DNA of 64,000 nucleotides from IMG/VR virus record IMGVR_UViG_2681812962_000001, positions 27,407-91,406 of that record; one strand, given 5' to 3'. Each line of letters starts with the position of its first letter. The stretch's first letter is position 1. Positions 39,940 to 50,869 of this stretch are shown here, piece by piece. The notes below the pieces were generated by a model. The model was not told the origin of the DNA. It worked only from the letters and a program-made list of their open reading frames with translations, and did no database searches. The position numbers were made by a program, and so were the translations under genes. The DNA comes from a virus. Its lineage: Duplodnaviria; Caudoviricetes.

Positions 39940-40878
39940 TTGATGAGACAAAACAAAAATGAACTACGTGAAGCAGAAAATAATGCAGTGATCGAGGGAG
40001 TACTCTTGGAAAAACGTTTTGAGGACAAAGGCGAAGGAGACAACCGCGCGTTAACTGGAGAAATTGATATTGAAGTAAGAGAGAACGAAGTACATACTGT
40101 ATCATTTTACACTAAATATAAGAAAAACGATGGATCAGAAAACGGACTAGTTAAAGGTTTAAAAACAGTAGAAGAAGAGTACAAAACGGTAGCCGAGGTC
40201 GGACGAGAAGAAGCTGACAAAGTTAGAGTAGATAACGCAAGTATTCGCCTTAATGAATACTATGGACAAGATGGTAGCTTACGTTCATTCCAGCAGATTA
40301 GCACAAACTTTGTAAATCGTGTCAAGGCTAATGAAGAATTTATCCCTCGAGCTGAATTCTCAATTGAAGGTGTTGTTAAAGCAGTAAAAGACGAAATAAG
40401 CAGCAACGAGCCAACTGGTCGTAAAGAGTTAGAATTGCTTGTGCCCCTTTATGGCGGACAGATTATTCCATTGAAGTTTATTGCTCCTGAGGGAGATGCG
40501 GCAGAGTACATTGAAAGTGAATACGAAAAGGGTAGTACAGTAGCTATCCATGGAGACATTGTAAACTACAAGGAAATAAAAGTAGAAAAGAAACAAGCGG
40601 CCTTTGGATCAGACAAAGAGAAAGTCACTCACATTACAAAGCGCGAGAATGTAATTACAGGCGGACAAGAACCATATGATGAAGACAATAAAAATGCATA
40701 TAATCCTCAGCTAATTGCTAAAGCTTTGACTGAACGAGAGGTAGCTTTGGAAGAGAAGAAAAACAAGAAGAAGGATGGAGACAAAGGCAACAAAGGTAAA
40801 AAAGGAGGATTTGGAAGTAAAGCATCAGGCGATAAGAAAAAAGCAGGCGGGCTAAAGGCTGACGATCTACCATTCTAA
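39940..40878 (+). CDS. yorF: YorF-like putative single-stranded DNA-binding protein
   Basis: Two OB-like halves, flexible tail ending DDLPF. Confidence 0.75.
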   Translation: MMRQNKNELREAENNAVIEGVLLEKRFEDKGEGDNRALTGEIDIEVRENEVHTVSFYTKYKKNDGSENGLVKGLKTVEEEYKTVAEVGREEADKVRVDNASIRLNEYYGQDGSLRSFQQISTNFVNRVKANEEFIPRAEFSIEGVVKAVKDEISSNEPTGRKELELLVPLYGGQIIPLKFIAPEGDAAEYIESEYEKGSTVAIHGDIVNYKEIKVEKKQAAFGSDKEKVTHITKRENVITGGQEPYDEDNKNAYNPQLIAKALTEREVALEEKKNKKKDGDKGNKGKKGGFGSKASGDKKKAGGLKADDLPF

Positions 40879-40945
40879 TAAATAAAAACGGAGGGAACAG
40901 CCCTCCTCACTATAAATACATATTAAGAGGAGATTGATTATATAC

Positions 40946-41929
40946 ATGGCAACTTTTGATATTATGAATCCACAAATTTCTACTGTAGCAAAAGGACTTG
41001 AAGGAAAGGTTATCACTGTATACGGCGGAAATAACCTTGGTAAAACAAAACAAGCCACACGGATGAAAAAACCGCTATACTTCCCTTTTGAAAGAGGATT
41101 GAATGCTATTGCAGGAGTTCCTTACTTCCCAATTAATAGCTGGGCTGACTTCAAGAAATACAACAAAGCTTTAACTAAAGATCCAGCTAAGGTAAAAGAG
41201 AAATACAACACCATTATTATTGATGAGGTTGATGCTTTCGCAAAGTATGCAACTCGATATGTAGCAAATCAGTATGGTGTTGATCGAATAAAGGATGGTA
41301 ACGAAGGCTTTGGTCTTTGGAAAGAATACGAAACTGAAGTATGGGAAGAGATCAACAAACTAATTGGTGTCGGATTTACTGTTATCTTTATCGCTCACGC
41401 CCAACCTAACAAGGAAGGGAAAATCTTCCCCAAAGGAGATAAGCGAGTGCTTGCACCTGTTATAGACAATAGTGATATTGTTGTTTACCTAGAATCTAAT
41501 GGTGTAGATGAAAATAACCAAGTCATCAAATCTAGCGCTTGGCTAGCAGAAACAGAAAATGCATTTGCTCGCAGCAGATGGGACTATATTGACACATTTA
41601 TAGAAGAATATACAGCAGAAAATTTAGAACAAGCTATTATTACAGCAATTGAACGTCAAGAAGAAGAAGAAGGGTTTGCTGCTGTTTCCTTTGAAGACTT
41701 TCAAGAGAGCCAGCAAAGTGAAGACCTTGACTATGATAGCCTTATGGCACAGATCACTGAAATTGGAACACAGCTGCACGAGGATGATCGAGCAGAAGAG
41801 GTAACTGAAATTGTTGAACGTAACTTGGGTGCTGGTAAGAAAGTGGGACAGGCAACTAAGAAGCAAGTAGAAGTATTAACTGTTATTCTATCTGAGCTTC
41901 AAGAACTTATCGAAGAAGACTCTGAATAA
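40946..41929 (+). CDS. yorG: YorG-like AAA ATPase (Sak4-type recombinase-like)
   Basis: YGGNNLGKT, IIIDE, FIAH. Confidence 0.75.
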   Translation: MATFDIMNPQISTVAKGLEGKVITVYGGNNLGKTKQATRMKKPLYFPFERGLNAIAGVPYFPINSWADFKKYNKALTKDPAKVKEKYNTIIIDEVDAFAKYATRYVANQYGVDRIKDGNEGFGLWKEYETEVWEEINKLIGVGFTVIFIAHAQPNKEGKIFPKGDKRVLAPVIDNSDIVVYLESNGVDENNQVIKSSAWLAETENAFARSRWDYIDTFIEEYTAENLEQAIITAIERQEEEEGFAAVSFEDFQESQQSEDLDYDSLMAQITEIGTQLHEDDRAEEVTEIVERNLGAGKKVGQATKKQVEVLTVILSELQELIEEDSE

Positions 41930-41980
41930 GTCAATTAAAACTACAATGGGAGTCGAAAGACTTCCTTTGTTTATAACGAG

Positions 41981-42463
41981 GTGCTTAAGGTGGGCAGGCA
42001 GGTAAAGTGTCCTTACTGTGAAACAAAACTAGATCAGGAAGATGCTATCTCGCATCAAAAACGCTATTACCATCCTAATTGCTTAGAGGCAAAGAAGAAC
42101 GAGTCTCAAGATTATAAAGACCTCATTGAGTACATCTGTGAGTTACATGGCATATCTAGACCTACAGGCATGATGGTTAAACAAATTAAGGAATTCAGAA
42201 ACGACTATAATTACAAGCTAAAAGGCATTGAATTGGCATTAAGATATTTCTATGAGACAGAGAGCAATCCAGTTAGGGAAGGGGATGGCATTGGTATTGT
42301 TCCCTATATTTACGATAAAGCAAGGGATCATTATGTAACGATCTTAAATGTGGAAGAGAGCGTTGAGAATGCTGAACTACCTCAAGAAAAAGTAGTATCT
42401 GTGCTGTCACCCAAGCCAAAGAAGATAAAGAGAAGAAATCCAATTAACATAAGCACATTATAA
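41981..42463 (+). CDS. yorH: YorH-like Zn-finger protein (possible helicase loader)
   Basis: CPYC...HPNC, GIGIVPYIY. Confidence 0.7.
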   Translation: MLKVGRQVKCPYCETKLDQEDAISHQKRYYHPNCLEAKKNESQDYKDLIEYICELHGISRPTGMMVKQIKEFRNDYNYKLKGIELALRYFYETESNPVREGDGIGIVPYIYDKARDHYVTILNVEESVENAELPQEKVVSVLSPKPKKIKRRNPINISTL

Positions 42464-42475
42464 AGAGGTGAAAAA

Positions 42476-44008
42476 ATGAGTCTGTTTGATAAGCGAAGTG
42501 CTTTTCAAGTGCTAGGCAACCTATCCCAAAAGCCTTCTTTACTTGATGATAAGCAATACAGATTAAATAAAGATGACTTCAATGCAGCAGACGAATCTGC
42601 CTTCTATATGATTATTTTTGGAGCTATACATAATCTGTACAATGAGGGGCTAGAAGAGGTTGATGCAATTGCAATAGATAATTTTTTGAGTAGTTATGAG
42701 AAGCAATATAAAGTTTTTAATGAAAACAACGGAGCTCAATACATTCAAGAGGCCATTAATCAGTCTCACTTACGTAATTTTGAATATTATTACAAACGAT
42801 TAAAGAAATTTAGTCTACTGAGGCACTATGTTGATCAAGGCATAGATGTTAGTGATATCTATGATGATTCAATTGTTGATCCTAGAGAATCAGAAGTACT
42901 GATGGCCGAATTTGATAAGAAGTCTGTTGCGGATATAATCAGCGATATTGACCGGCGAATCTTCCAGGTAACTAAAAAATTTGTTGATTCTACAGATTCA
43001 GAGAGGATGCATGCTTCAGAAGGAGTTAAGGAACTGCTAAATAAATTTAAAGAAACTCCTGATTACGGAATTTCTTTGATTGGAAACTACCAAAATACTA
43101 TCTTTCGTGGTGGTAAATTAAAGACATTGAGTCTTAGATCAGCACCCTCTAACTTAGGTAAAACACGTCTTGCTTTAGGTGAAGCTGCAGATATGGCAAT
43201 TGATGAAATGTACGATTGGAAGAAGAAGGAGTGGTTGAAACGTGGCAATACAGAAAACGTCTGCTTCATAACCACCGAGAACGAGGCTGATGAGTTGCAA
43301 CCTACGCTTCTTGCTTATATCTCTGGTGTAGCTGAAACAAAGATTAAAGATGGTGATACTACAGAAGAGGAAGATGAGATCCTACAAAAAGCTGTAGAAG
43401 TCTTAGAAAGAACTAATTTTCAAATTGCTTACATTCCTGACTTCGATATGCAGCAGATTGAAACAGAGATCAAAGATCAGATACTCGAGAATAATATACA
43501 GTATATCTATTTTGACTACATACATATTAGCCTTCAAATACTCACAGAGCTTGCTGAGGCATCCAACGGCATGAAGATGCGTGAAGACATGGTCCTCTTT
43601 ATGTTTATGAACAAACTCGATCAAATTAGAAAGAAATATAATGTCTTCATTAAGACAGCAACGCAGGTAAATGGTGAATGGAAAAACGTACAGAATGCTG
43701 ATTCAACACTACTTCGAGGATCAAAAGCTCTAGCCGATAAAGCAACTTCTGGGATGATAGCTCTATCTCCAACAAACAAGGATCTAGAAGCTATACAACC
43801 TATACTCAAGAATGGTTTTTATCCTGGAGCTCCTAATGTTGTTTACCACATTTACAAGAATAGACATACAAAGTTCAAGGACATGAAACTATGGCTGTAT
43901 GTGGACTATGACACTATGCGTCAGCACGAACTATTCTTAACAACAAATAACTATGAGATGGTAGACATATCTCCAACTAACATACAGGCCATGGCAACTG
44001 CAGAATAG
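42476..44008 (+). CDS. yorI: DnaB-like replicative helicase (YorI)
   Basis: SAPSNLGKTR, FITTE, YFDYI, TATQVN, LRGSKALADK. Confidence 0.85.
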   Translation: MSLFDKRSAFQVLGNLSQKPSLLDDKQYRLNKDDFNAADESAFYMIIFGAIHNLYNEGLEEVDAIAIDNFLSSYEKQYKVFNENNGAQYIQEAINQSHLRNFEYYYKRLKKFSLLRHYVDQGIDVSDIYDDSIVDPRESEVLMAEFDKKSVADIISDIDRRIFQVTKKFVDSTDSERMHASEGVKELLNKFKETPDYGISLIGNYQNTIFRGGKLKTLSLRSAPSNLGKTRLALGEAADMAIDEMYDWKKKEWLKRGNTENVCFITTENEADELQPTLLAYISGVAETKIKDGDTTEEEDEILQKAVEVLERTNFQIAYIPDFDMQQIETEIKDQILENNIQYIYFDYIHISLQILTELAEASNGMKMREDMVLFMFMNKLDQIRKKYNVFIKTATQVNGEWKNVQNADSTLLRGSKALADKATSGMIALSPTNKDLEAIQPILKNGFYPGAPNVVYHIYKNRHTKFKDMKLWLYVDYDTMRQHELFLTTNNYEMVDISPTNIQAMATAE

Positions 44009-44010
44009 GG

Positions 44011-45147
44011 GTGAGACCTCTGAGGATTGATAAGGATTTTGCGGACTCTCTAAAGGAAAAAATGACCGAAGAAGACATACACAAGATTTTGCTAGATTTA
44101 GGGAGCAAAGAACCGGAGCAGGACAAAAATGGTGACTTAAAGTTCACTACAGTTTGTCATGGGGGAACCAAACATAAACTTTACTACTATCACGAATCCA
44201 GACAATTCCATTGTTATACAGATTGTAGCGATAACCTTGATATCTATGAAGTTGTAATTAGGACAAAAAAAGAACAAGGAGTAGACGTTACTTTTCCTAA
44301 GGCCGTTGAGTATGTATCTAGAGTAACGGGTAAGACTCGTGGCTTTGGGTACACAGGCTTGAAAAGTAATAAGGACTTGATTAATGATTGGGATTTTATT
44401 AGCAAATTCTCGCGTAAAGCTAAAAGTGACAGAACTCTCCCTAGCTATAATGAGAATGTTTTAGATGTATTTATGTCACTTCCACATGAAAGCTGGCTAG
44501 AAGAAGGCATAAGCTACGAGACGATGGAGAAATACGAGATTGGATATTACTTTCGAGAGAAAGAAGAGGGCATAGTAATTCCTCATAGAGATATCAACGG
44601 TCGACTAATTGGTATACGCCGGAGGAGCATGATACAGGAGCAAGTGGATGCTGGATACAAATACATGCCTCTAACAGTAGGGAATACAATGTACAACCAT
44701 TTAGTAACTGCTAATTTGTACGGCTTAAACCATACAGCAGAAGCAGTTAAGCGTTTAAGAAAACTAATGATATTTGAATCTGAGAAGTCTGTGCTTAAAT
44801 GCCAAGATTTTTATGGAGAATTGAACTTTACAACAGCTATTTGCTCGAGCAATATATCTGATTTTCATCGAGACATTGCTACATCTCTAGGTATTGAGGA
44901 AGTTTTTATTGCGCTAGACAAAATGGGATATGAGGAAGATGAAGAGAAATTTGAAAAGAAAGAGCAAGAGTATCAGGAACGGATCCTAAAGTTCGCCAAG
45001 AAGTTTGCACCCTATTGCAGAGTCTATGTATTGTGGGATGACGAAGGGCTCCTTGACTGGAAAGACAGTCCGGCAGATCGTGGAAAAGAAGTATTAGAAG
45101 AAATGATGAAGAATAAGACAGAGATTACTATGGAGGGAGCAATTTAA
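44011..45147 (+). CDS. yorJ: DNA primase (YorJ)
   Basis: Zn motif CH...CYTDC, Toprim FESEKS...ALD, KDSPAD. Confidence 0.8.
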   Translation: MRPLRIDKDFADSLKEKMTEEDIHKILLDLGSKEPEQDKNGDLKFTTVCHGGTKHKLYYYHESRQFHCYTDCSDNLDIYEVVIRTKKEQGVDVTFPKAVEYVSRVTGKTRGFGYTGLKSNKDLINDWDFISKFSRKAKSDRTLPSYNENVLDVFMSLPHESWLEEGISYETMEKYEIGYYFREKEEGIVIPHRDINGRLIGIRRRSMIQEQVDAGYKYMPLTVGNTMYNHLVTANLYGLNHTAEAVKRLRKLMIFESEKSVLKCQDFYGELNFTTAICSSNISDFHRDIATSLGIEEVFIALDKMGYEEDEEKFEKKEQEYQERILKFAKKFAPYCRVYVLWDDEGLLDWKDSPADRGKEVLEEMMKNKTEITMEGAI

Positions 45148-46862
45148 TGCAGTATAAGCTTATTGGAGATAATAACATTAAAAAGCCTTTAGAAACGGTT
45201 CTTAGCAATAGAGGGGTAAAAAACTTGGAAGGTTTGATAGATGCCAATGAGAATAATGAACACCATTATTCGAAATTAAAGAACATGTCTAGGGCAGTTG
45301 CTTTATTGCTAAAACACGCTAAAGAGAAGAACAAAATTTTTATTCAAGCTGATAGTGATGCCGATGGTCTTACAAGTACTGCAATTCTCTTAAACTACCT
45401 TAAGCGAGCTTTTCCAAAGCTGGAGATTCAGTATAGGCTTCAGGATGGGAAAGAGCATGGAGTACTAGTGGAAACTATACCTGAGGACGTAAAATTAGTT
45501 ATTATACCTGACGCAGGATCTAGCCAGTACGAAGAGCATAAGCAACTGTATGACAAGGGTATAGATGTATTAGTTTTAGATCACCATGAAACTGAAAAAG
45601 AGTCCCAGCATGCGGTAGTTGTAAATAATCAGCTATCACCGAATTATCCAAACAAGGCTCTTACAGGGGCGGGAATAGTCTATAAATTCACACAGGCTTT
45701 GGATGCGGAATTAGGCAAGAACCATGCAGAGCGCTACTTAGATTTAGTTGCAATTGGTAATATTGCAGATATGGCTGATTCGAGAGACCTTGAAACAAGG
45801 TTTTACATGAAAAAAGGACTCAGTAAAATACGCAATCCATTAGTTAAGGTATTGTTTAAAAAGGTAGAGTTTAGCACCGGCGGTGAAAAGACCATAACCA
45901 ATGTACAGTTCTATGTTAACCCACTTATCAACGGAGCAATTCGAATTGGAACTATGGAAGAAAAGGATCAGCTCATGAGAGCTTTACTGGAGTCTAAGGA
46001 GACAGTACCTTATAAGAAGCGCGGCAGCAACGTTGAAGAAATGGTTCCGATTACTCAAAACACTGCACGGCTTCTTACTAATCTGAAAGCAAAGCAAAAG
46101 CGCATAGTCGATAAAGCTACTAATGAAATACAAGAGCGGATAATTGAAAAAGGCTTGCTTAACAACAAGATTTTGATCATCTACATAAATGATATTCTGG
46201 ATAAAAAACTGACTGGATTAGTGGCCAATCGGCTAGTAAAACTACATAAAAGACCTGTTTTATTAGCTAGATTGATGGATAATGACACTCTAGGAGGATC
46301 GGTAAGGGGCTATGAAAAAGGATACATAAAAGATATTAAGAAGTTTCTTACGGACACAGGCTTGTTTAATTACTGTGAGGGGCATGCCAACGCACATGGA
46401 TTCTCGATTGAGATAGACAATTTAGTTAAAGTAAATGAAATAGCCAATGAGCTTCTAAAAGATGTGGAAATTGACAGCGGGGAAATTGAGGTTGATTTCG
46501 AAATTCCAGCTGATAAAATAAAGCCATTGTTTATCAAAGATTTACATAGTTATAGAGAGCACTGGGGACAGAATGTGGAAGCTCCTTTATTAGCTGTTAC
46601 TGACTTGGAAGTTAATAAGGATGAGATTTATCTTAATGGTAAGCAGAAGAATGTTATTAAGTTTACTGTTAATGATGTGTCCTACGTCAAATTCTTTTCT
46701 AATGAAGAAGAGTACGAGGAGCTAGTAAGCCATGGTGATCACTTGATTCTAACTATCATTGGAAAGCCAGATGTCAATGAATACAATGGAGTCAAAACAG
46801 CACAAGTTCTAATTGAGGATTTTGAAGTTAAGGCAGCAAAGAAGAAAAGATACATTTTCTAG
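45147..46862 (+). CDS. yorK: RecJ-like DHH-family ssDNA exonuclease (YorK)
   Basis: DSDADG, PDAG, LDHH, IADM, GSVRG, GHANAHG. Confidence 0.9.
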   Translation: MQYKLIGDNNIKKPLETVLSNRGVKNLEGLIDANENNEHHYSKLKNMSRAVALLLKHAKEKNKIFIQADSDADGLTSTAILLNYLKRAFPKLEIQYRLQDGKEHGVLVETIPEDVKLVIIPDAGSSQYEEHKQLYDKGIDVLVLDHHETEKESQHAVVVNNQLSPNYPNKALTGAGIVYKFTQALDAELGKNHAERYLDLVAIGNIADMADSRDLETRFYMKKGLSKIRNPLVKVLFKKVEFSTGGEKTITNVQFYVNPLINGAIRIGTMEEKDQLMRALLESKETVPYKKRGSNVEEMVPITQNTARLLTNLKAKQKRIVDKATNEIQERIIEKGLLNNKILIIYINDILDKKLTGLVANRLVKLHKRPVLLARLMDNDTLGGSVRGYEKGYIKDIKKFLTDTGLFNYCEGHANAHGFSIEIDNLVKVNEIANELLKDVEIDSGEIEVDFEIPADKIKPLFIKDLHSYREHWGQNVEAPLLAVTDLEVNKDEIYLNGKQKNVIKFTVNDVSYVKFFSNEEEYEELVSHGDHLILTIIGKPDVNEYNGVKTAQVLIEDFEVKAAKKKRYIF

Positions 46863-46914
46863 TTGATATAAGTAAAATAAAATTATATAATATTAAAATA
46901 AGGGAGATGGTTGA

Positions 46915-49900
46915 TTGCAAGAACAACTAATAGGCTGCCACTGCCATTCTGATAAGAGTAATATACGACTTCTCGATTCGACTAACAGAGTCAGTGATCT
47001 GCTAAAAACAGCAGTGCAATTAGGATATAAGGGATTGGCTATTACGGATCATGAGGTATTGTCAGCACATGTAGAAGCTATCCAGACAGCAAGAGAAATG
47101 AAGGCACAAGGCAAGATGGATGCTGACTTTAAATTAATCCTAGGTAACGAAGCTTATCTTGTTGATTCCTTGGAAGAAGTGAGAGATAACTATCAGTCAG
47201 GTGTAACTAAGTTCCCACACTTTATCATGCTAGCAAAAGATGCAGTTGGGCATGAACAGTTGAGAATTCTTAGCAGCCGTGCATGGAGCAATTCTTTCTT
47301 TACAGGAACTATGGAAAGAGTGCCAACCGTAAAAGCTGATGTTGAAGAGATAGTTCGTGGTAATCCAGGGCATCTCATTGCTACGAGCGCGTGCTTGGGA
47401 AGCGAGCTTAATATTTACATATTGGCCTTAAATCAGGCTGAGCAAGATGAGGATGAAACCTTAGTAAATGAAATAAAAATTAAATTGAACAACCATATCA
47501 ATTGGTGTGTTGATGTTTTCGGTAAGGATAACTATTTCTTTGAGTTACAGCCAGCTTTAAGCGAAGAACAGATCATTGTTAATAAGAAACTATTGGAGCT
47601 TTCACTAGCCTACGATATCAAGAAAATCGTAGCTACTGATGCGCATTTCCTTCGTCCAGAGGATAGGGTTGTACATGAAGCATATCTTAACTCAAAGGAT
47701 GGAGATAGAGAAGTAGCAAGTTTTTATGAAGCATGTTTTTTACATACTACTGACGAGATCTACCAGCGGATGGATTACATAGCGAAGGAAGAAGTTTCGG
47801 AGTTAATTGCTAACACAATGCTCATCGGAGATATGATCGAAGAATATACGATAGAGCATGAGCCCATTATACCGAAGATGGAACTGCCGGACTTTGAAGT
47901 AAGGCATCTATTTGAGCCAGCGTATGGCAAGTATGTATACATTGACAAAATGGCTCATTCAGAAGAAGAGCAAGATAGGTATCTTATAAAGCTACTAGAA
48001 GACGGTTTTGACGATAAGCTTAGAAAGCCTAATCTAAGCAAGGAAGAGTTTCATATTATGTTAAACCGTTTGAACACAGAGCTTGGCGATCTATGGGAGA
48101 TTGGGGCTAAACTTAAGCAAAGTATGCCTTCCTACTACGTTACCATTTTAGAAATTATTAATATCATTTGGGACGATGAATGTGGTGGCAATAGTTTAGT
48201 TGGAGCAGCAAGGGGTTCTGCTGCAGGGTTCTTGGTTAATTATCTCTTAGATATTACTCAAGTGAATCCAATCCAATATGACCTTCCTGAATGGCGTCAC
48301 ATTCATAAATCACGGCCTGACTTACCAGATATTGATATTGATACAGAGGGAGCTAAACGGCAACAAATCCTCAAGGCACTTAAAAATCGTTTTGGGAATG
48401 ATCGAGTACTGCAGATTGCTACATTTGGCACGGAGGGCTCCAAGTCTGCATTGCAAACTGCGTGCAGAGGCTTGGGTATTGATAGTGATATAGCTCAATA
48501 TCTAAGTGGAATGATTCCATTTGAGCGAGGATCAAATTGGTCTTTGAAAGATTGTTTTGAAGGTAATGAGGAGAAAGGTAGAAAACCTATAAAAGACTTT
48601 ATTCGAGAAGTCGAAAGCTATCCTAACCTAAGAGAGACTGCCTTAAAGATTGAAGGTCTAGTTAATAAGAGATCTAGTCATGCTGCAGGGGTAATTATCT
48701 TCAATGATGTATTCACAAAAACAAACGCTATGATGAAGACGCCAAAGGGTGCTGCTATAACTCAGTTTAATATGGGAGATACAGAAGCCATGGGGTCAGT
48801 AAAGTTTGACTTGTTGACCATTGAGGCGCTCGACAAGATAAGAGTTACTCTTGATCAATTGCTAGAACATGAAGAGATTGAATGGCAAGGTAACTTGAGG
48901 GCTACTTATAACAAGTATATTCATCCCGACGTATTAGAATATGATGATCCAAAGCTATGGGAGATGGTCGGTAACGGCGAAGTAATGGATCTATTCCAGT
49001 TTTCAACTCAAGTTGGCCATCAAACGGCCATCAAAGTAAAACCTAAGAATGTCCTGGAGGCAGCTGTAGCAAACTCTCTCATGCGCCTTATGGCTGATGA
49101 AGGGGAACAGCCGGTTGATATATATGTGAAGTTTAAAGACGATATCTCCTTGTGGTATAAGCAGATGAAGGACTATGGGCTAAGTAACACCGATATCACA
49201 GTCATGGAGAAGTATCTAAAAGAGATATACGGAGTAGCCGATACACAAGAAGTTGTTATGCAGATGGTAATGGACGCGAAGATTGCCGGTTTTAGCATCA
49301 AAGAATCTAACCAGTTAAGAAAAGCCATAGCTAAGAAAAAGGAAAAGGTTCTTAAAGAAGTTAAAGAGCTCTATTACTCGAAAGGAAAGAAGCTTGGAGC
49401 TTCAGACGAATTACTAAATTACGTATGGGATGTACAGTTCAAGCGACAGTTTGGATATTCGTTCTCCTTGCTGCATACTTTAGCTTATTCAATTATCGCG
49501 CTTCAGGAGCTTAACCTTAATTACAATTATAATCCGATCTATTGGAATACAGCTTGTCTTACTGTCAATAGCGGCGGGGTTGAAGATGAGAATGATTCGG
49601 GTAATACTGCTTCCACAAATTATGGAAAAGTTGCTGCAGCAATAGGAAACATACGTCAAAGAGGAGTAAAAGTTGATCTACCTGACATTAACAAAGCCAA
49701 GTTTGGGTTTACTCCAGATGTTAAGAATAATTCGATTGTCTTTGGATTAAAAGGGATGCATGGTATAGGGGATCAAGTAGTTCATGATATCATATCTAAC
49801 CGGCCGTATAATTCCTTTGATGACGTACTAGAAAAACTGTATAAAACTAGTATTTTAAAGAAAGGTCACATTATACAGTTGATCAAGGGGGGATGCTTTG

Positions 49901-50835
49901 ACGGATTTGGAAAACGTGAAGACATTATGAAACAATTTATTACTCTGATCTCTGAGCCTAAAACGAAGCTTACCATGCAAAATATTAATATGATGATTGA
50001 ACGCGAATTACTGCCAGAGAAGTTTAATTTAAATGTGCGGTTCTACCGATTCAAAACTTATATTAGTAAGAGAGTACATAAGACAATTGCAAAACCCAAG
50101 GACAGATTATTCCTATTGGATGATATGTCATCTCAATTTTTGAACACTCACTTTGATGACGAGTGTATAGTTGATATGCATGAAGGAGAATTGGTTGTCT
50201 CAGAGAAAGCATTTAAAAAACAGTACGATAAGCTCATGGAACCAGTTAAACAATGGCTGGAAAGCCCTGAAGCCCTAGCCCTCCTGAACATTGATTTACT
50301 TAACTCAGAATGGGAAAAGTACGCATCGGGTTCCTTAAGTAGATGGGAAATGGATTCTTTGTCTTATTATTATCATGAGCATGAATTGTCTGGTGTGAAT
50401 AGAAGTAAATATAGCATTGAAAACTTCTTTGATCTACCTAAAGAACCAATTAAAGGTAGACCTTATACGTGGCGAGGCAAGCAACTATATGAATATGAAA
50501 TAACTCGAATCATTGGAACGGTGCTAGACCGAGACAAAACTAAACATACTGTCACACTTTTAACACCTGATGGAGTTGTAACTGTGAAAATGTATGGTGG
50601 AGCATTTGGACACTATAATCGCCAGATTTCCGACAAGGTTGGAGACAAGAAGCAAGTGATAGAAAAATCCTGGTTCACAAGAGGTAATATGTTGCTCTTT
50701 TCTGGTTTTAGAAGAGGCAATAACTTCATACCAAAAGTCTACAAGCAGTCTATATTCGCACATACTGTGGCCAAGGTGGACTCCCTCGACCTAGATGGCA
50801 ACTTGAGTATTACAACTGAAAGGGTTCAGATTTAG
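46915..50835 (+). CDS. dnaE: DNA polymerase III alpha subunit, DnaE-type (YorL)
   Basis: PHP HCHS/TDHE, RGSAAG, PDIDID, KFDLL, FGYSFSLLH; no intein evident. Confidence 0.95.
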   Translation: MQEQLIGCHCHSDKSNIRLLDSTNRVSDLLKTAVQLGYKGLAITDHEVLSAHVEAIQTAREMKAQGKMDADFKLILGNEAYLVDSLEEVRDNYQSGVTKFPHFIMLAKDAVGHEQLRILSSRAWSNSFFTGTMERVPTVKADVEEIVRGNPGHLIATSACLGSELNIYILALNQAEQDEDETLVNEIKIKLNNHINWCVDVFGKDNYFFELQPALSEEQIIVNKKLLELSLAYDIKKIVATDAHFLRPEDRVVHEAYLNSKDGDREVASFYEACFLHTTDEIYQRMDYIAKEEVSELIANTMLIGDMIEEYTIEHEPIIPKMELPDFEVRHLFEPAYGKYVYIDKMAHSEEEQDRYLIKLLEDGFDDKLRKPNLSKEEFHIMLNRLNTELGDLWEIGAKLKQSMPSYYVTILEIINIIWDDECGGNSLVGAARGSAAGFLVNYLLDITQVNPIQYDLPEWRHIHKSRPDLPDIDIDTEGAKRQQILKALKNRFGNDRVLQIATFGTEGSKSALQTACRGLGIDSDIAQYLSGMIPFERGSNWSLKDCFEGNEEKGRKPIKDFIREVESYPNLRETALKIEGLVNKRSSHAAGVIIFNDVFTKTNAMMKTPKGAAITQFNMGDTEAMGSVKFDLLTIEALDKIRVTLDQLLEHEEIEWQGNLRATYNKYIHPDVLEYDDPKLWEMVGNGEVMDLFQFSTQVGHQTAIKVKPKNVLEAAVANSLMRLMADEGEQPVDIYVKFKDDISLWYKQMKDYGLSNTDITVMEKYLKEIYGVADTQEVVMQMVMDAKIAGFSIKESNQLRKAIAKKKEKVLKEVKELYYSKGKKLGASDELLNYVWDVQFKRQFGYSFSLLHTLAYSIIALQELNLNYNYNPIYWNTACLTVNSGGVEDENDSGNTASTNYGKVAAAIGNIRQRGVKVDLPDINKAKFGFTPDVKNNSIVFGLKGMHGIGDQVVHDIISNRPYNSFDDVLEKLYKTSILKKGHIIQLIKGGCFDGFGKREDIMKQFITLISEPKTKLTMQNINMMIERELLPEKFNLNVRFYRFKTYISKRVHKTIAKPKDRLFLLDDMSSQFLNTHFDDECIVDMHEGELVVSEKAFKKQYDKLMEPVKQWLESPEALALLNIDLLNSEWEKYASGSLSRWEMDSLSYYYHEHELSGVNRSKYSIENFFDLPKEPIKGRPYTWRGKQLYEYEITRIIGTVLDRDKTKHTVTLLTPDGVVTVKMYGGAFGHYNRQISDKVGDKKQVIEKSWFTRGNMLLFSGFRRGNNFIPKVYKQSIFAHTVAKVDSLDLDGNLSITTERVQI

Positions 50836-50869
50836 GAGGTATAACATCGGAAGTAAAATAAAATGTAAT